DNA from: an uncultured Weeksellaceae bacterium
Lineage (GTDB): Bacteria > Bacteroidota > Bacteroidia > Flavobacteriales > BACL11
Direction of reading: 5' to 3'
Length of the DNA: 45,764 nt
Assembly: GCA_964452095.1 (NCBI GenBank)
Contig: CAYVKX010000001.1
Span: 17,535 to 63,298 of the forward strand
Made by a program: the position numbers and the translations under genes. The notes beneath the pieces were generated by a model. That model saw nothing but the letters and a program-made list of their open reading frames with translations, was not told the origin of the DNA and did not search any database. Positions 28,309 through 38,287 of this stretch are shown in pieces; positions within the stretch are counted from its first letter, which is position 1; every line of letters starts with the position of its first letter.

Positions 28309-29105
28309 ATAAACAGATTTACTTCTTCTAATTTGATATTTTCTTGAAAGAAAAATTGAGCGCTTTTTTCAAATGATTCTGTGTAATTAGAAACATAAAA
28401 ATGATGTTCAGTTTTAGCTGTATCATTTAGTAGATTCTTGTTTTTAAGCTCGATTGAAATATGATTTGCAACTATAGTTGCTGAGTCAATTACATTTACT
28501 TTCCCTTTATAATAATCTTTAATTTCAGTATGAATTAAAGGGTAATGTGTGCAAGCCAAAATCAAATGATTAATATTCTGTAAAACAGGATTTGCTAAAT
28601 AATTGGCAATTACTGTGTGGCTAATTTCCTCATTGACAAATCCTTCTTCTATCATAGGGGCTAGAAGTGGAGTTGCTAAGGAAACCACTTTTGCACTTTT
28701 GCATTCTGCTTTTATTTTTGCTTCATAAATGCCAGAACTAATGGTTGCTTTTGTACCGATTACTCCTATCTTATAATCAGAACAAATTTTCACTACTTCT
28801 TTGGCAACAGGAATAATTACATTAAAAACTGGAGTATTTATTGCAGTGTCATAAACACTTTCATCAGCTACTGAGGATGCTGAATTACATGCAATAACAA
28901 TTGTTTTACATTGTTTTTCAATTAAGAATGTAATAATTTTTCTACTAAAACTCTGTATTGCTTCTTTTGATTTTTCTCCATAAGGCAAATGCTCAGTGTC
29001 TCCAAAGTAGATGATATCTTCATTAGGAAGAGCTTTTGTTATTGCATTAGCAACTGTAAGTCCACCAATTCCTGAGTCAAAAATTCCAATAGGGGAGTTT
29101 TTCAT
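28305..29105 (-). CDS. murI: glutamate racemase
   Basis: IGIFDSGIGGLTV, VIACNSAS and LACTHYPL are the two catalytic Cys motifs. The ATG at 29105 is preferred. Confidence 0.93.
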   Translation of the reverse strand: MKNSPIGIFDSGIGGLTVANAITKALPNEDIIYFGDTEHLPYGEKSKEAIQSFSRKIITFLIEKQCKTIVIACNSASSVADESVYDTAINTPVFNVIIPVAKEVVKICSDYKIGVIGTKATISSGIYEAKIKAECKSAKVVSLATPLLAPMIEEGFVNEEISHTVIANYLANPVLQNINHLILACTHYPLIHTEIKDYYKGKVNVIDSATIVANHISIELKNKNLLNDTAKTEHHFYVSNYTESFEKSAQFFFQENIKLEEVNLFI

Positions 29106-29120
29106 GATATAAAAGTATAA

Positions 29121-29148
29121 AAAAAGCACCCTAAGTGGTGCTTTTTTT
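29121..29148 (-). terminator. hairpin with flanking A/T runs after the skp genes, 16 nt upstream of the murI start
   Basis: AAAAAGCACC-CTAAGT-GGTGCTTTTTTT. On the minus strand it follows the 29165 stop. Its position suggests a partial terminator or attenuator. Confidence 0.55.
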
Positions 29149-29164
29149 ATTGATGTTTTTTTGA

Positions 29165-29662
29165 TTAGAGTCCTAACTTCTTTTTTACAAGCCCTATTAC
29201 ATTTTCACTTTCTTTAGCATAAAGGATACTTCCCATACTTGAATCAAAAATATAAGTGAATTTCCCTTCTTTAGCAACATCTTCAATAGCTGTTCTTGCC
29301 TTTGTTAAAATTGGCTCTAAAAGTTCTTGTTCTTTTTGCTGCAAAGCATTTTGGGCATTTTGTTGGAAAGATTGAATTCTTTGTTCCAAGCCAGTAATTT
29401 CTGCAATTTTATCTTGCTTTACCAAATCGGTATAAGTAGCTTCATTTGCTTGATATTCTTGTACGCTTGCTTGGTATTCTGATTGCATTGCCCCTAATTG
29501 CGACTCTAAGCTTTTAGCGAAAGTTTGTAATTCTCCTTCAGCAGTTTTCTTTTCAGGCATTAAGGATAGCAATTCGCTAGAATCGATATAACCAAACTTG
29601 CTTTGCGCAAAAGTACTAACACTTAAAAGTGCTAGAAAGCTTAAAATTAGTAATTTTTTCAT
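29165..29662 (-). CDS. OmpH/Skp-family periplasmic chaperone
   Basis: 165 aa with a signal peptide, a Gln/Glu-rich coiled-coil core, and the position downstream of bamA. Confidence 0.85.
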   Translation of the reverse strand: MKKLLILSFLALLSVSTFAQSKFGYIDSSELLSLMPEKKTAEGELQTFAKSLESQLGAMQSEYQASVQEYQANEATYTDLVKQDKIAEITGLEQRIQSFQQNAQNALQQKEQELLEPILTKARTAIEDVAKEGKFTYIFDSSMGSILYAKESENVIGLVKKKLGL

Positions 29663-29688
29663 TTTTGTAATTGTTTTTGTGTTATTAA

Positions 29689-30207
29689 TTATTTTATGTA
29701 ACCCATATTTTCCAAGATTTTATCGCTTTTATCCAAATTAGGATTAGAATAAAGCATTATCAAATCGCTTGAGCTATCAAAAATTACAGCATATTTCTTG
29801 TTGGCTGCTAACTGTTGAATAGCATCATATACTTTATCTTGAATTGGCTTGATAAGTTCTTGTCGTTTTCCATACAAATCGCCTTCTGGTCCAAAATATT
29901 TTTTTTGTAAATCTTTTGCCGATTTTTCTTTTGCAATTATTGCACCTTCTCTTTTTGCTTTCATCTCATCTGTTAGCAAAACTTCTTGCTTTTGATAATC
30001 GCGATACATCTTATCTACTTCCGCATAAATGGCTTCAATTTCTTCTTGCCACTGCTTAGAAATTTCATCTAATTTATCTTGCGCTTGATTAAATTCCGGA
30101 ATATTATTCAGAATATAATCGGTATCTACATAAGCGAATTTTTGTGCTTGTGAAATGTTAATTGCTAAAAAGCTAACGGCTAAAACTAAAAGTATTTTTT
30201 TACTCAT
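29689..30207 (-). CDS. OmpH/Skp-family periplasmic chaperone (second paralog)
   Basis: Start at MSKKILLVLAV (signal peptide), followed by a coiled-coil region and a C-terminus like its neighbour's. Confidence 0.85.
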   Translation of the reverse strand: MSKKILLVLAVSFLAINISQAQKFAYVDTDYILNNIPEFNQAQDKLDEISKQWQEEIEAIYAEVDKMYRDYQKQEVLLTDEMKAKREGAIIAKEKSAKDLQKKYFGPEGDLYGKRQELIKPIQDKVYDAIQQLAANKKYAVIFDSSSDLIMLYSNPNLDKSDKILENMGYIK

Positions 30208-30283
30208 CTTAAATTGATTTTTAACTGAATTCGTGAATATTTTATATTTCATAATTTATCTTTTTAAAAGTTTACAAATATAA

Positions 30284-32815
30284 TTAAAATTGTTGACCAA
30301 TTGAAAAATGGAACTGACCTCCATTAGCATCCGGATTTCCAGGAATTTCATCTAGTCCCCAGCCATAATCTAAACCCATCATCCCAAACATTGGAAGCAT
30401 AATTCTTACTCCAAATCCTGCAGAACGCTTCACTCCAAACGGATTAAAAGAATCAAAATTGTCCCAAGCATCTCCCGCTTCCAAAAACCCTAAGGCATAC
30501 ACAGTGGAGGCAGGATTTAAACTTATTGCGTACCTTAATTCAGCCGTATATTTATTATAAATGGTTCCTCCCGTTTGAGGGGATAAAGAATTGCTACTAT
30601 ACCCTCTAAGTGCCACTAATTCTCTTCCGTCCATTACATAACCATAGCCGCTTAAACCATCTCCACCTACATAATATCTTTCGAAAGGAGCAATTCCCAA
30701 GCTGCTATTATATGCTCCCAAAAGTCCCATTTCAATTCTTGTTCCAAGTACCAATTTATCGGTAAAAGCAGTAAACCAAGATGATTTCCATTTCCATTTA
30801 TAATATTCTATCCAGCCATATTTTTTTTGATCAGAAATAGTGGAATAATCATCCACTCCATCAAATAATGAATAAGGAGGAGTTACTTTCAAGCTAAGCG
30901 AAAAATTAGATCCTTTTCTAGGGAAAGTTGGTTGATCCACCGAATTTCTACCAAGCGTAATTCCATAACTCATATTATTGGAAAAGCCATTTTTAAAAGA
31001 AAAGAAAGATTGAGAATTTTGTAATTCGTATTGCTGAAAATTAATATTCTGAAAAAGAGTAAAATAATCATCAGGATATTTCAGTCTTTTCCCAAGTCCA
31101 ATTGTAGCTCCTGTAATTTCAATTGCCTCCCTGTCATCTCCTGTTTGCCCATTGGATGAAACTGATTTGTACAAAGAAACCGTAAGTGAAGTTGGGCGTT
31201 TTCCTCCTAGCCAAGGTTCGGTAAAAGAGATGTTGTAATTCTGATAATAAATTCCATTGGAAGATGCCGTTAAGGAAAGTTTTTGCCCATCACCAGCAGG
31301 AAGTGGAGTCCAAGCATCTTTTTTAAACATATTTCGTGCCGAGAAATTATTAAACACCAAGCCCAAAGAACCAACCACTCTTCCGGCTCCCCATCCTCCT
31401 TGTAAATTAATCTGATCAGAAGATTGTTCTTCTACCAAATAATTCACATCAACCGTGTGTTTTATTGGGTCAGGATCAATATCAACATTTAGTTTTTCTT
31501 CATTAAAGTATCCTAGTTGAGCTAACTCCCTTTGAGAACGAATAATATTGGATCTGTTAAATAAATCTCCAGGTTTTGTTCTAATCTCTCGCATCACCAC
31601 ATGATCGTTTGTTTTACTATTTCCAGAAACGGTAATTCTATTTAATCGGGCTTGCTTGCCTTCATAAATTCTTATTTCTAAATCAATAGAATCGTTATTG
31701 GTAGCAACTTCCACAGGAGTAATATTAAAGAATAAATAGCCATCATCTAAATATAAAGAGCTAATATCCGTTCCATTCGGATTGCCGTAAAGTCTAGAAT
31801 TCAAAACGCTTTGGTCAAAAATATCACCCTTATCTATGCCGAGTAATTTATCCAAATCTTCATTGCTAAATTTCTGATTTCCCACCCAACTTACATTTTT
31901 AAAATAATAAGGATTTCCTTCATTAATTGTAAGTTCGATTGTAAGAGTGTTATCGGAATTTAAGTAAGTGGTATCGCTAATAATTCTCGCATCTCGAAAT
32001 CCTTTTTCATTGTATTTTGTAATGATGCTATTTTTGTCGGCTTCATATGCATCATCCAAAAATTTTGACGCCTTAAAAATTCGATACCATTTCTTTTCTT
32101 TGGTATCTTTCATAGTTCTTTTTAGCTTGCTTTCGGATATAATATACGGTTGTTCTTTTCCGAAAATAGTTTTTGTTTTAGTATCTCTTTCTTTTAGCCC
32201 TATAAATTTTATCTCCCCTATTTTTACTTTCTTTTTCTTATTGATGTTGAAAATTAAAACTGCTGAATTTACTAGGGTAGAATCACTTGTTTGTGTACTG
32301 CTTACCTCAACATTTAAAAATCCTTTTTCAATAAAATAATCCTTTATTTTTTGCTCACTATTATTGATTAAATTTTGGGTAAGAATTTTCCCCTTCATCA
32401 ATTTCAATCTTTCTTTTATAGTAGTAATATCCGATTTTTTGGTTTTCCCGACAAACTTAAATTTTGATAATCTTTTATGTTCTTGCAGATGAAAATCTAA
32501 GAAGATACTATTTCCTTGTATTTTAGTTGCTGAAATTTTGATATCGGCAAAAAGTCCTTGCTTCCAAAGTTTTTTAATAGCAGTACTTATCTGCTCTCCC
32601 GGTACTATTATTTTACCTCCAACTTCCAAGCCAGAAATACTAATAAGCGTTTTATGATCCAGAAATTTTGTTCCAGAAACGGTAATTCCACCAATAATAT
32701 ATTCGGTAGGGTTGGCATAATCAATTGCAGACAAATCCTTATGCAAGGAAACCTGTGCTTTTAAAGATGTAATTGCCAATACAAAGGCAAAAAGAATTAT
32801 TATTTGTTTCTTCAA
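30284..32815 (-). CDS. bamA: outer membrane protein assembly factor BamA
   Basis: 843 aa with a signal peptide, repeated POTRA units, a C-terminal beta-barrel ending in F, and the uppS-bamA-skp synteny. Confidence 0.93.
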   Translation of the reverse strand: MKKQIIILFAFVLAITSLKAQVSLHKDLSAIDYANPTEYIIGGITVSGTKFLDHKTLISISGLEVGGKIIVPGEQISTAIKKLWKQGLFADIKISATKIQGNSIFLDFHLQEHKRLSKFKFVGKTKKSDITTIKERLKLMKGKILTQNLINNSEQKIKDYFIEKGFLNVEVSSTQTSDSTLVNSAVLIFNINKKKKVKIGEIKFIGLKERDTKTKTIFGKEQPYIISESKLKRTMKDTKEKKWYRIFKASKFLDDAYEADKNSIITKYNEKGFRDARIISDTTYLNSDNTLTIELTINEGNPYYFKNVSWVGNQKFSNEDLDKLLGIDKGDIFDQSVLNSRLYGNPNGTDISSLYLDDGYLFFNITPVEVATNNDSIDLEIRIYEGKQARLNRITVSGNSKTNDHVVMREIRTKPGDLFNRSNIIRSQRELAQLGYFNEEKLNVDIDPDPIKHTVDVNYLVEEQSSDQINLQGGWGAGRVVGSLGLVFNNFSARNMFKKDAWTPLPAGDGQKLSLTASSNGIYYQNYNISFTEPWLGGKRPTSLTVSLYKSVSSNGQTGDDREAIEITGATIGLGKRLKYPDDYFTLFQNINFQQYELQNSQSFFSFKNGFSNNMSYGITLGRNSVDQPTFPRKGSNFSLSLKVTPPYSLFDGVDDYSTISDQKKYGWIEYYKWKWKSSWFTAFTDKLVLGTRIEMGLLGAYNSSLGIAPFERYYVGGDGLSGYGYVMDGRELVALRGYSSNSLSPQTGGTIYNKYTAELRYAISLNPASTVYALGFLEAGDAWDNFDSFNPFGVKRSAGFGVRIMLPMFGMMGLDYGWGLDEIPGNPDANGGQFHFSIGQQF

Positions 32816-32818
32816 TGT

Positions 32819-33559
32819 TTAGTTTTTTATTTGCTCTCCACTTTTTCCAAATCTTCTCTCTCTTTTTTGATAATCAATAATTGCATCTATCAAATCACTT
32901 TTTCTAAAATCAGGCCATAAAGTATCGGTAAAATACAATTCTGAATAAGCAATTTGCCAAAGTAAAAAATTACTAATTCTGTGCTCACCACTTGTTCTTA
33001 TCAAAAGTTCAGGGTCAGGAACGCTATTTGTAGTTAGATATTGCTGAAAAGTATCTTCATTTATTTCTGTTTTCAATATATTATTTCTTGCATCCGCCAC
33101 AATATTTTTCATAGCATTTACTATCTCCCATCTTCCACTATAGCTTAGTGCTAAAATAAGTGTCATTCGCTTATTCCCACTTGTTTTTTTAATGGCTTCA
33201 TCTAATTCTTTTTTGCATTTTTTTGGCAGTTGCTCCAGATTTCCAATGGCTTGGAGGCGAATATCATTTTCCATCAAAGTTTTGGTTTCTTTATTGATGG
33301 TGGAGATAAGCAAAGTCATTAGTGCATTTACTTCCTTTTCGCTTCTATTCCAGTTTTCAGTAGAAAAAGCATAAAGCGTAAGGTATTTTATTCCAATTTC
33401 TGCTGCTGTTTCTACAGTTTCTCGCACAGCTTTCACACCATTTTTATGCCCAAAAACCCGGAATTTCCCTTTGCGTTCTGCCCATCTGCCATTGCCGTCC
33501 ATTGTAATAGCAATATGCTGGGGTAAATTTTCTTTATCTATTTGCTGGGTCAACACCAT
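32819..33559 (-). CDS. uppS: undecaprenyl-diphosphate synthase (cis-isoprenyl transferase)
   Basis: HIAITMDGNGRWA, AFSTENWNR and RTSGEHRISNFLLWQ motifs. Confidence 0.95.
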   Translation of the reverse strand: MVLTQQIDKENLPQHIAITMDGNGRWAERKGKFRVFGHKNGVKAVRETVETAAEIGIKYLTLYAFSTENWNRSEKEVNALMTLLISTINKETKTLMENDIRLQAIGNLEQLPKKCKKELDEAIKKTSGNKRMTLILALSYSGRWEIVNAMKNIVADARNNILKTEINEDTFQQYLTTNSVPDPELLIRTSGEHRISNFLLWQIAYSELYFTDTLWPDFRKSDLIDAIIDYQKRERRFGKSGEQIKN

Positions 33560-33582
33560 TATATTTTATAAAGAAAAAAGGA

Positions 33583-34485
33583 TTAATAGTTGCACTTTGA
33601 AGTTTCCGACAAGAGTTTGAAGGAAAGCGTGATACCAGTAAAAGTGTACCAATCGTTATTTTTGGAGTTTCCTCTTTGTGTATCTTTCCCTCTTGATTGC
33701 CATTGAGAATTCCATTGTTTGTAAGGGTCTCCATCAGAATTTAAAACATCAATATTTTTATCAGACATTTCTATTGCAAGAGTACTCATATCAATTAAAT
33801 TTCCGCCAGGATATGTAGTGCTTACATCATCCAAATAATCGGTAAAAGTTTTTCGTATTCCGTATTCAATTATAATATTGAAAGTTTTATTTACGGCAAT
33901 TTTCACTCCTCCTCCCATAGGTATAGAAAACTGAGTAAGTGCATATTTTTTTCTATCAGGAAATGCGGTTGTTCCTTGCCCTTCAGTTCCTAAAGGCTGT
34001 AAATCCACCCAATCACCATTGTTGGCTTCCGCTTGCGGATTAAACCTAAATATTGAAACTCCCGCAAAGACAAAAGGAGTCCAAGGATAGAGGGAGTTTC
34101 CAGTTTCGTATGGTAAAAAGTTAAATTCTACTTGCCCAGAAAGCTCGTAAATTGGCGAGCGAAAATGTAAATTTCTATTAAAAAGAGAAGTGTCGTTTGT
34201 GTTTCTATTATCATTCCCTCTAATTAATCCTAAAAGTAATTCTCCTTTTACGGTTATTCTTCTATCAACATTTTTTCGCACTACAATACCGCCACTTGGC
34301 ATCATATAATCGAAATGTTTGCTATTAATATCTCCCAAATAATAGGAGCCACCAGCCATAATTCCAATTTCGGTAGAAGATACTACTTGTGCTTTTGTAC
34401 TAGAAGTAGAAAATAAAAAGCATAGAAAAAAAACAGTAATAATTATACTATTTTTAAGCGTGTTGTGTTGAAGTGTTTTAATCAT
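33583..34485 (-). CDS. outer-membrane beta-barrel protein (DUF6089-like)
   Basis: Signal peptide ending in STKAQ and alternating beta-strand pattern. It occupies the position upstream of uppS seen in Bacteroidota. The ATG at 34485 is preferred. Confidence 0.6.
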   Translation of the reverse strand: MIKTLQHNTLKNSIIITVFFLCFLFSTSSTKAQVVSSTEIGIMAGGSYYLGDINSKHFDYMMPSGGIVVRKNVDRRITVKGELLLGLIRGNDNRNTNDTSLFNRNLHFRSPIYELSGQVEFNFLPYETGNSLYPWTPFVFAGVSIFRFNPQAEANNGDWVDLQPLGTEGQGTTAFPDRKKYALTQFSIPMGGGVKIAVNKTFNIIIEYGIRKTFTDYLDDVSTTYPGGNLIDMSTLAIEMSDKNIDVLNSDGDPYKQWNSQWQSRGKDTQRGNSKNNDWYTFTGITLSFKLLSETSKCNY

Positions 34486-34548
34486 TAGTTTTAAAAAATT
34501 CTCATCAGGCAAATATAGAGTTATTTCAATTTTTTGGGCTTTATTGTA

Positions 34549-35427
34549 CTAATTTCTTTTATCAATGCCCCACATCAGTTTGCTCCTGATGGTAGAAATA
34601 AAAGAATGAGATTGCGGTTCTACCAGATTTATTTTAAAATCTGCTTGTTTGATAAACAGAGAAATGGAAGAATCAAAAGCCCTGAAACGAGAATCGAGCG
34701 ATACTAATGCTAATTGGTCTCTATCTACCACTGTTAATTTTATTTTGCTTTGGTCAGTAATTACAATAGGGCGAACATTCAAATTATGTGGAGCAATTGG
34801 GGTAATTACAAAATTCTCAGAACCCGGTAAAATAATTGGTCCGCCACAAGAAAGAGAATATCCTGTGGAGCCGGTTGGAGTAGCAATTACCAAACCATCT
34901 GCCCAATAGGAATTCAAAAATTCATCATTCAAAAAAGAATCAATTCTTATCATAGATGAAGTGTCTTTTTTTACCACAGCTACTTCATTTAGGGCATAAT
35001 TTACTTTTCCAAAAAGGTTATTTTCTGTTTCCAAACAAAGCAAAGTTCTGCTTTTAATTTGATAGTTTTTCTTTAACACATCAGTAATTGCAGATTCAAT
35101 TTGATCAGTAGAAATACTAGAAATAAATCCAAGCCGACCGGTGTTTATTCCCATTATCGGAATGCCGCTATTTCTCACCAATGTAACCGAGCCAAGCAAA
35201 GTTCCATCACCCCCAATACTAAAGAGGAAATCAGCATTCCCTTTCAATGTTTCGTGAGAATCAAAAACTTCTGGAGGTTGAATAAACTTCACTTTCTTTT
35301 CAAGGAATGATAAATAATCTTCATACACCAAAATAGAAACATTCTCTGCTTCTAAGCGGTTTACCAAATGCTGTATGTATTTGGTGAATTGATCTGAACA
35401 AGGAGAGCCAAACAATGCTATTCGCAT
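34549..35427 (-). CDS. nadK: NAD+ kinase
   Basis: 292 aa with GGDGTLL, the NEVAV region and TPTGSTGYSLSCGGPI. Confidence 0.92.
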   Translation of the reverse strand: MRIALFGSPCSDQFTKYIQHLVNRLEAENVSILVYEDYLSFLEKKVKFIQPPEVFDSHETLKGNADFLFSIGGDGTLLGSVTLVRNSGIPIMGINTGRLGFISSISTDQIESAITDVLKKNYQIKSRTLLCLETENNLFGKVNYALNEVAVVKKDTSSMIRIDSFLNDEFLNSYWADGLVIATPTGSTGYSLSCGGPIILPGSENFVITPIAPHNLNVRPIVITDQSKIKLTVVDRDQLALVSLDSRFRAFDSSISLFIKQADFKINLVEPQSHSFISTIRSKLMWGIDKRN

Positions 35428-35429
35428 AA

Positions 35430-36818
35430 TTAAAAAGGGTTTGAGAAGTGCAAAAATATACCTTTTTCTCCTAATTTGTTAATTCCGTACTCAATTCTTA
35501 ATAATTTATCGTAATAAGTTACATAATCCAAACTGATTCCTCTACCAAATAATAGCTTATTTGCAAGTGGGCTTTCTTCTTTATTTTGCGTATCGATTAC
35601 ATAGCCAAAATCCGTAAAAACTCCTAAATAAACCGAAAAATGTGATTTTTTGAATTGCGACATTTTAATATAAGGAATATCAAAATTGGTTTTTTCAAAA
35701 AGGGCGTATTTTAGTGCTGTTTTGCTGAGCCAATATTGCTGTCCATCAATTACATAATATTCGTAAGTGCGGACATAATCCTCAAATCCTAATGCTTTTT
35801 GTGCAAAATATGGCTGATAATCATCAGAAGAAATTTTAGCCGCAAAACTCGAACCAAAAAAAAGTCGCTTCCTTAATTCTAAATATTTTTCAGCTTTTGC
35901 AAATGCCTCAAAATGATTTACAAGACTTGAGCCGGCAAAATTCTTTGTTAGTTCAAAATGCAAATAATGTCCATGCAAGGGATATTCTACATAATCTCTT
36001 TGCTCATTAGCAAACTGATAAGTTAGTTTGAAAAAACTTCCTTTTGTATCATTGTTTTTTAGATAATTAGGATTTAAAACCTTGATGCTATCATCAATTA
36101 TTGTTTTATAATAATAAAGCTCTAATTTATGTTTATTCCGTATGTTTTTTCGAAATAAAATATCTAACTCAATTTCAAAATCTTTGGTGGTATAATTATT
36201 CTTATTTTCATAATAAAGTAGCTTATTATCAATTGTTTTATAAAAAGATTTTTTTCTTCTAAAAAGCTGAGCAAAAGCACTTATGCCAATGGTTTTATTT
36301 TTGTTAAAATAAGGAATATTATAATTAAAAAGATACTGCTCTTTAAAGCCCCTTCTGTACTTTAATTTTAATAATTCATTTCTTCCTCTAAAGTTTTCCC
36401 ACTCCAAAAATACTCCATAATTCATTCTGGAAAAGTCAGAATAATTACTCGCTTTAAACTCATTCCACCACACATTAAAATTCCTTTCGGAAAGCTCAAA
36501 AATAGGGTAAGGCCACACATACCATCTTTCCACTACATCAATAATAACATCTACTTTTCTCTGATGATTGGAAATGGTGATATCCACAAAATTATAAAGC
36601 GATAAATTAGTTAGGTTTTCCTTACTACTTTTTATTTTTATTTCTAAATCTTCCTTGCTCATTTGCTCGCCTTTTTTAAAGGTGAGTTCTCTTAGAATAA
36701 TGTCCGCTTTTGTAATTTTATTACCAAGAATAGTAATGCTTTTTATCTCCAATTTTTCTTGTGAAAACGCAAGAAAACAAAAGAAAAAACTAAAAAAGCA
36801 AATAAATATTTTCCTCAT
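35430..36818 (-). CDS. POTRA-domain outer membrane protein (BamA/TamA-like, Omp85 family)
   Basis: 462 aa with a signal peptide, one POTRA-like unit (IKSITILGNKITKADIILRELTFKKGE), beta-barrel periodicity and a terminal F. Confidence 0.7.
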   Translation of the reverse strand: MRKIFICFFSFFFCFLAFSQEKLEIKSITILGNKITKADIILRELTFKKGEQMSKEDLEIKIKSSKENLTNLSLYNFVDITISNHQRKVDVIIDVVERWYVWPYPIFELSERNFNVWWNEFKASNYSDFSRMNYGVFLEWENFRGRNELLKLKYRRGFKEQYLFNYNIPYFNKNKTIGISAFAQLFRRKKSFYKTIDNKLLYYENKNNYTTKDFEIELDILFRKNIRNKHKLELYYYKTIIDDSIKVLNPNYLKNNDTKGSFFKLTYQFANEQRDYVEYPLHGHYLHFELTKNFAGSSLVNHFEAFAKAEKYLELRKRLFFGSSFAAKISSDDYQPYFAQKALGFEDYVRTYEYYVIDGQQYWLSKTALKYALFEKTNFDIPYIKMSQFKKSHFSVYLGVFTDFGYVIDTQNKEESPLANKLLFGRGISLDYVTYYDKLLRIEYGINKLGEKGIFLHFSNPF

Positions 36819-36821
36819 TTT

Positions 36822-37484
36822 TTAAGGATTCAAATAGCGCATTAATGATTCATATCTCTGCATAAAATCATCTTGCGAGCTGTCCTCATTATAAGATGCC
36901 ATAATCTTGTATTCGTACCGTTTAAAATCTGAAATAATTGCATCAATATCGGTTTTATTTACCTTTATAGTGAGCTCCATTTTGGTAGAATTTGGCACAG
37001 AAGTAATATTTGAACTCAGTATTCTTGCATTGTTGGATTCTATAATTTGTGCAATCTCACTCATAGAATAATCGTTTTGATTCATTTCTAAAACAAAAAT
37101 ACTACCGATATTTTGTACAGCCGAACTTTTGGCAATGGTATATAAAAGTTTCCGATTGGTAATCGCTCCTAAATATTGTTTTGTTTCTGATAAAATAGGT
37201 ACAATCGTTAAACTATTTACCTCCAAAATTTCTATAATATCGAAAAGATGTTGATTTCCTAAAGCAAAAGGAGCTGCCAAATTACTAAGATGTTGCTCAA
37301 TAATCTCATCTGTGGAATTCCATTCCAGAATTTCATTTTCAGAAATAAGCCCCAAATAAAATTTGTTTCTAACTACTGGAAGATGACTCACTCTCAAATC
37401 ATCCATCATAGAAAGTGCTTTTTCACCATCATCATCCGGATGAAGAGAAAGTATTGAAGAGGATATTAAATCGCTTGCTTGCAT
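36822..37484 (-). CDS. CBS-domain pair protein
   Basis: 220 aa with two CBS-like repeats (HLPVV...GLISE, IVPIL...GAITNRK) followed by an ACT-like tail. Confidence 0.8.
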   Translation of the reverse strand: MQASDLISSSILSLHPDDDGEKALSMMDDLRVSHLPVVRNKFYLGLISENEILEWNSTDEIIEQHLSNLAAPFALGNQHLFDIIEILEVNSLTIVPILSETKQYLGAITNRKLLYTIAKSSAVQNIGSIFVLEMNQNDYSMSEIAQIIESNNARILSSNITSVPNSTKMELTIKVNKTDIDAIISDFKRYEYKIMASYNEDSSQDDFMQRYESLMRYLNP

Positions 37485-37502
37485 TTTGCGAAAATAGGAA
37501 TA

Positions 37503-37540
37503 AGTTTTTAGTTTGTAGTTTTTAGTTTGTAGTTTTTAGA
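37503..37540. repeat. tandem repeat, 14-mer AGTTTTTAGTTTGT x2.7 (equivalently 7-mer AGTTTKT x5)
   Basis: Read directly in the divergent CBS / pdxJ intergenic region. Confidence 0.85.
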
Positions 37541-37555
37541 TAATGCAGAAAAAAC

Positions 37556-37563
37556 TATCTTTG
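37556..37563 (+). promoter_or_regulatory. -7 box TATCTTTG upstream of pdxJ
   Basis: Exact TAnnTTTG match, 13 nt before the ATG at 37577. Confidence 0.5.
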
Positions 37564-37576
37564 ATTTTTATTTAAA

Positions 37577-38287
37577 ATGACAAAATTAAGCGTAAATATA
37601 AACAAGATTGCAACTATCAGAAATGCTAGGGGAGGCAATACACCATCAGTAGTTCAGGCGGCAATTGATTGCCAGAGGTTTGGAGCAGATGGCATTACCA
37701 TTCACCCAAGGCAAGATGAAAGACATATTACCAAAAAAGATGTTTCGGACATTAAACCCATCATCAAAACTGAATATAATATTGAAGGATACCCTAGCCC
37801 TGATTTTATACAAATGGTGATTGACATAAAACCTGAACAAGTAACTTTAGTCCCTGATGGACCTGATGTAATTACCTCTAATGCTGGTTGGAATACAATA
37901 AAATTCCAAGATTATCTAAAAGAAATTATTGCTGAGTTTAAGCAGCACGGTATCCGAACTTCCATTTTTGTTGATCCTAAATTGGAAATAATTGAAGGGG
38001 CAAAATTATGTGGAACCGACAGAATAGAACTCTACACAGAAGATTATGCCAAAGGATTTTCAGAAAATAAAGAAAAAGCCATTGCTCCTTATGTTGCGGC
38101 TGCTCAAAAGACGACTGAAATGGATTTAGGAATAAATGCAGGGCATGATTTGAGTTTAGAAAATTTGCAATATTTTGCAAAAGAGATTCCAAACTTAAAA
38201 GAAGTTTCTATTGGCCATGCTCTTATAAGTGACGCACTGTATTTAGGACTAGAAAATGCAATTCAAATGTACAAACGCCTTTTGTAA
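37577..38287 (+). CDS. pdxJ: pyridoxine 5'-phosphate synthase
   Basis: 236 aa with LSVNINKIATIRNARG, ITIHPRQDERH and EVSIGHALI. Confidence 0.95.
   Translation: MTKLSVNINKIATIRNARGGNTPSVVQAAIDCQRFGADGITIHPRQDERHITKKDVSDIKPIIKTEYNIEGYPSPDFIQMVIDIKPEQVTLVPDGPDVITSNAGWNTIKFQDYLKEIIAEFKQHGIRTSIFVDPKLEIIEGAKLCGTDRIELYTEDYAKGFSENKEKAIAPYVAAAQKTTEMDLGINAGHDLSLENLQYFAKEIPNLKEVSIGHALISDALYLGLENAIQMYKRLL

Noticed and set aside
31968-35310. Plus-strand ORFs in bamA, uppS and nadK, and the 33534..33734 minus-strand ORF overlapping the DUF6089-like 3' end
   Set aside because: They are antisense or out-of-frame overlaps with confidently assigned genes.
37503-37540. Tandem repeat as a possible CRISPR array
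   Set aside because: The units are 14 nt (7-nt heptads) and directly abutting with no spacers, and no cas genes are present. No CRISPR-like repeat-spacer structure occurs anywhere in the window.
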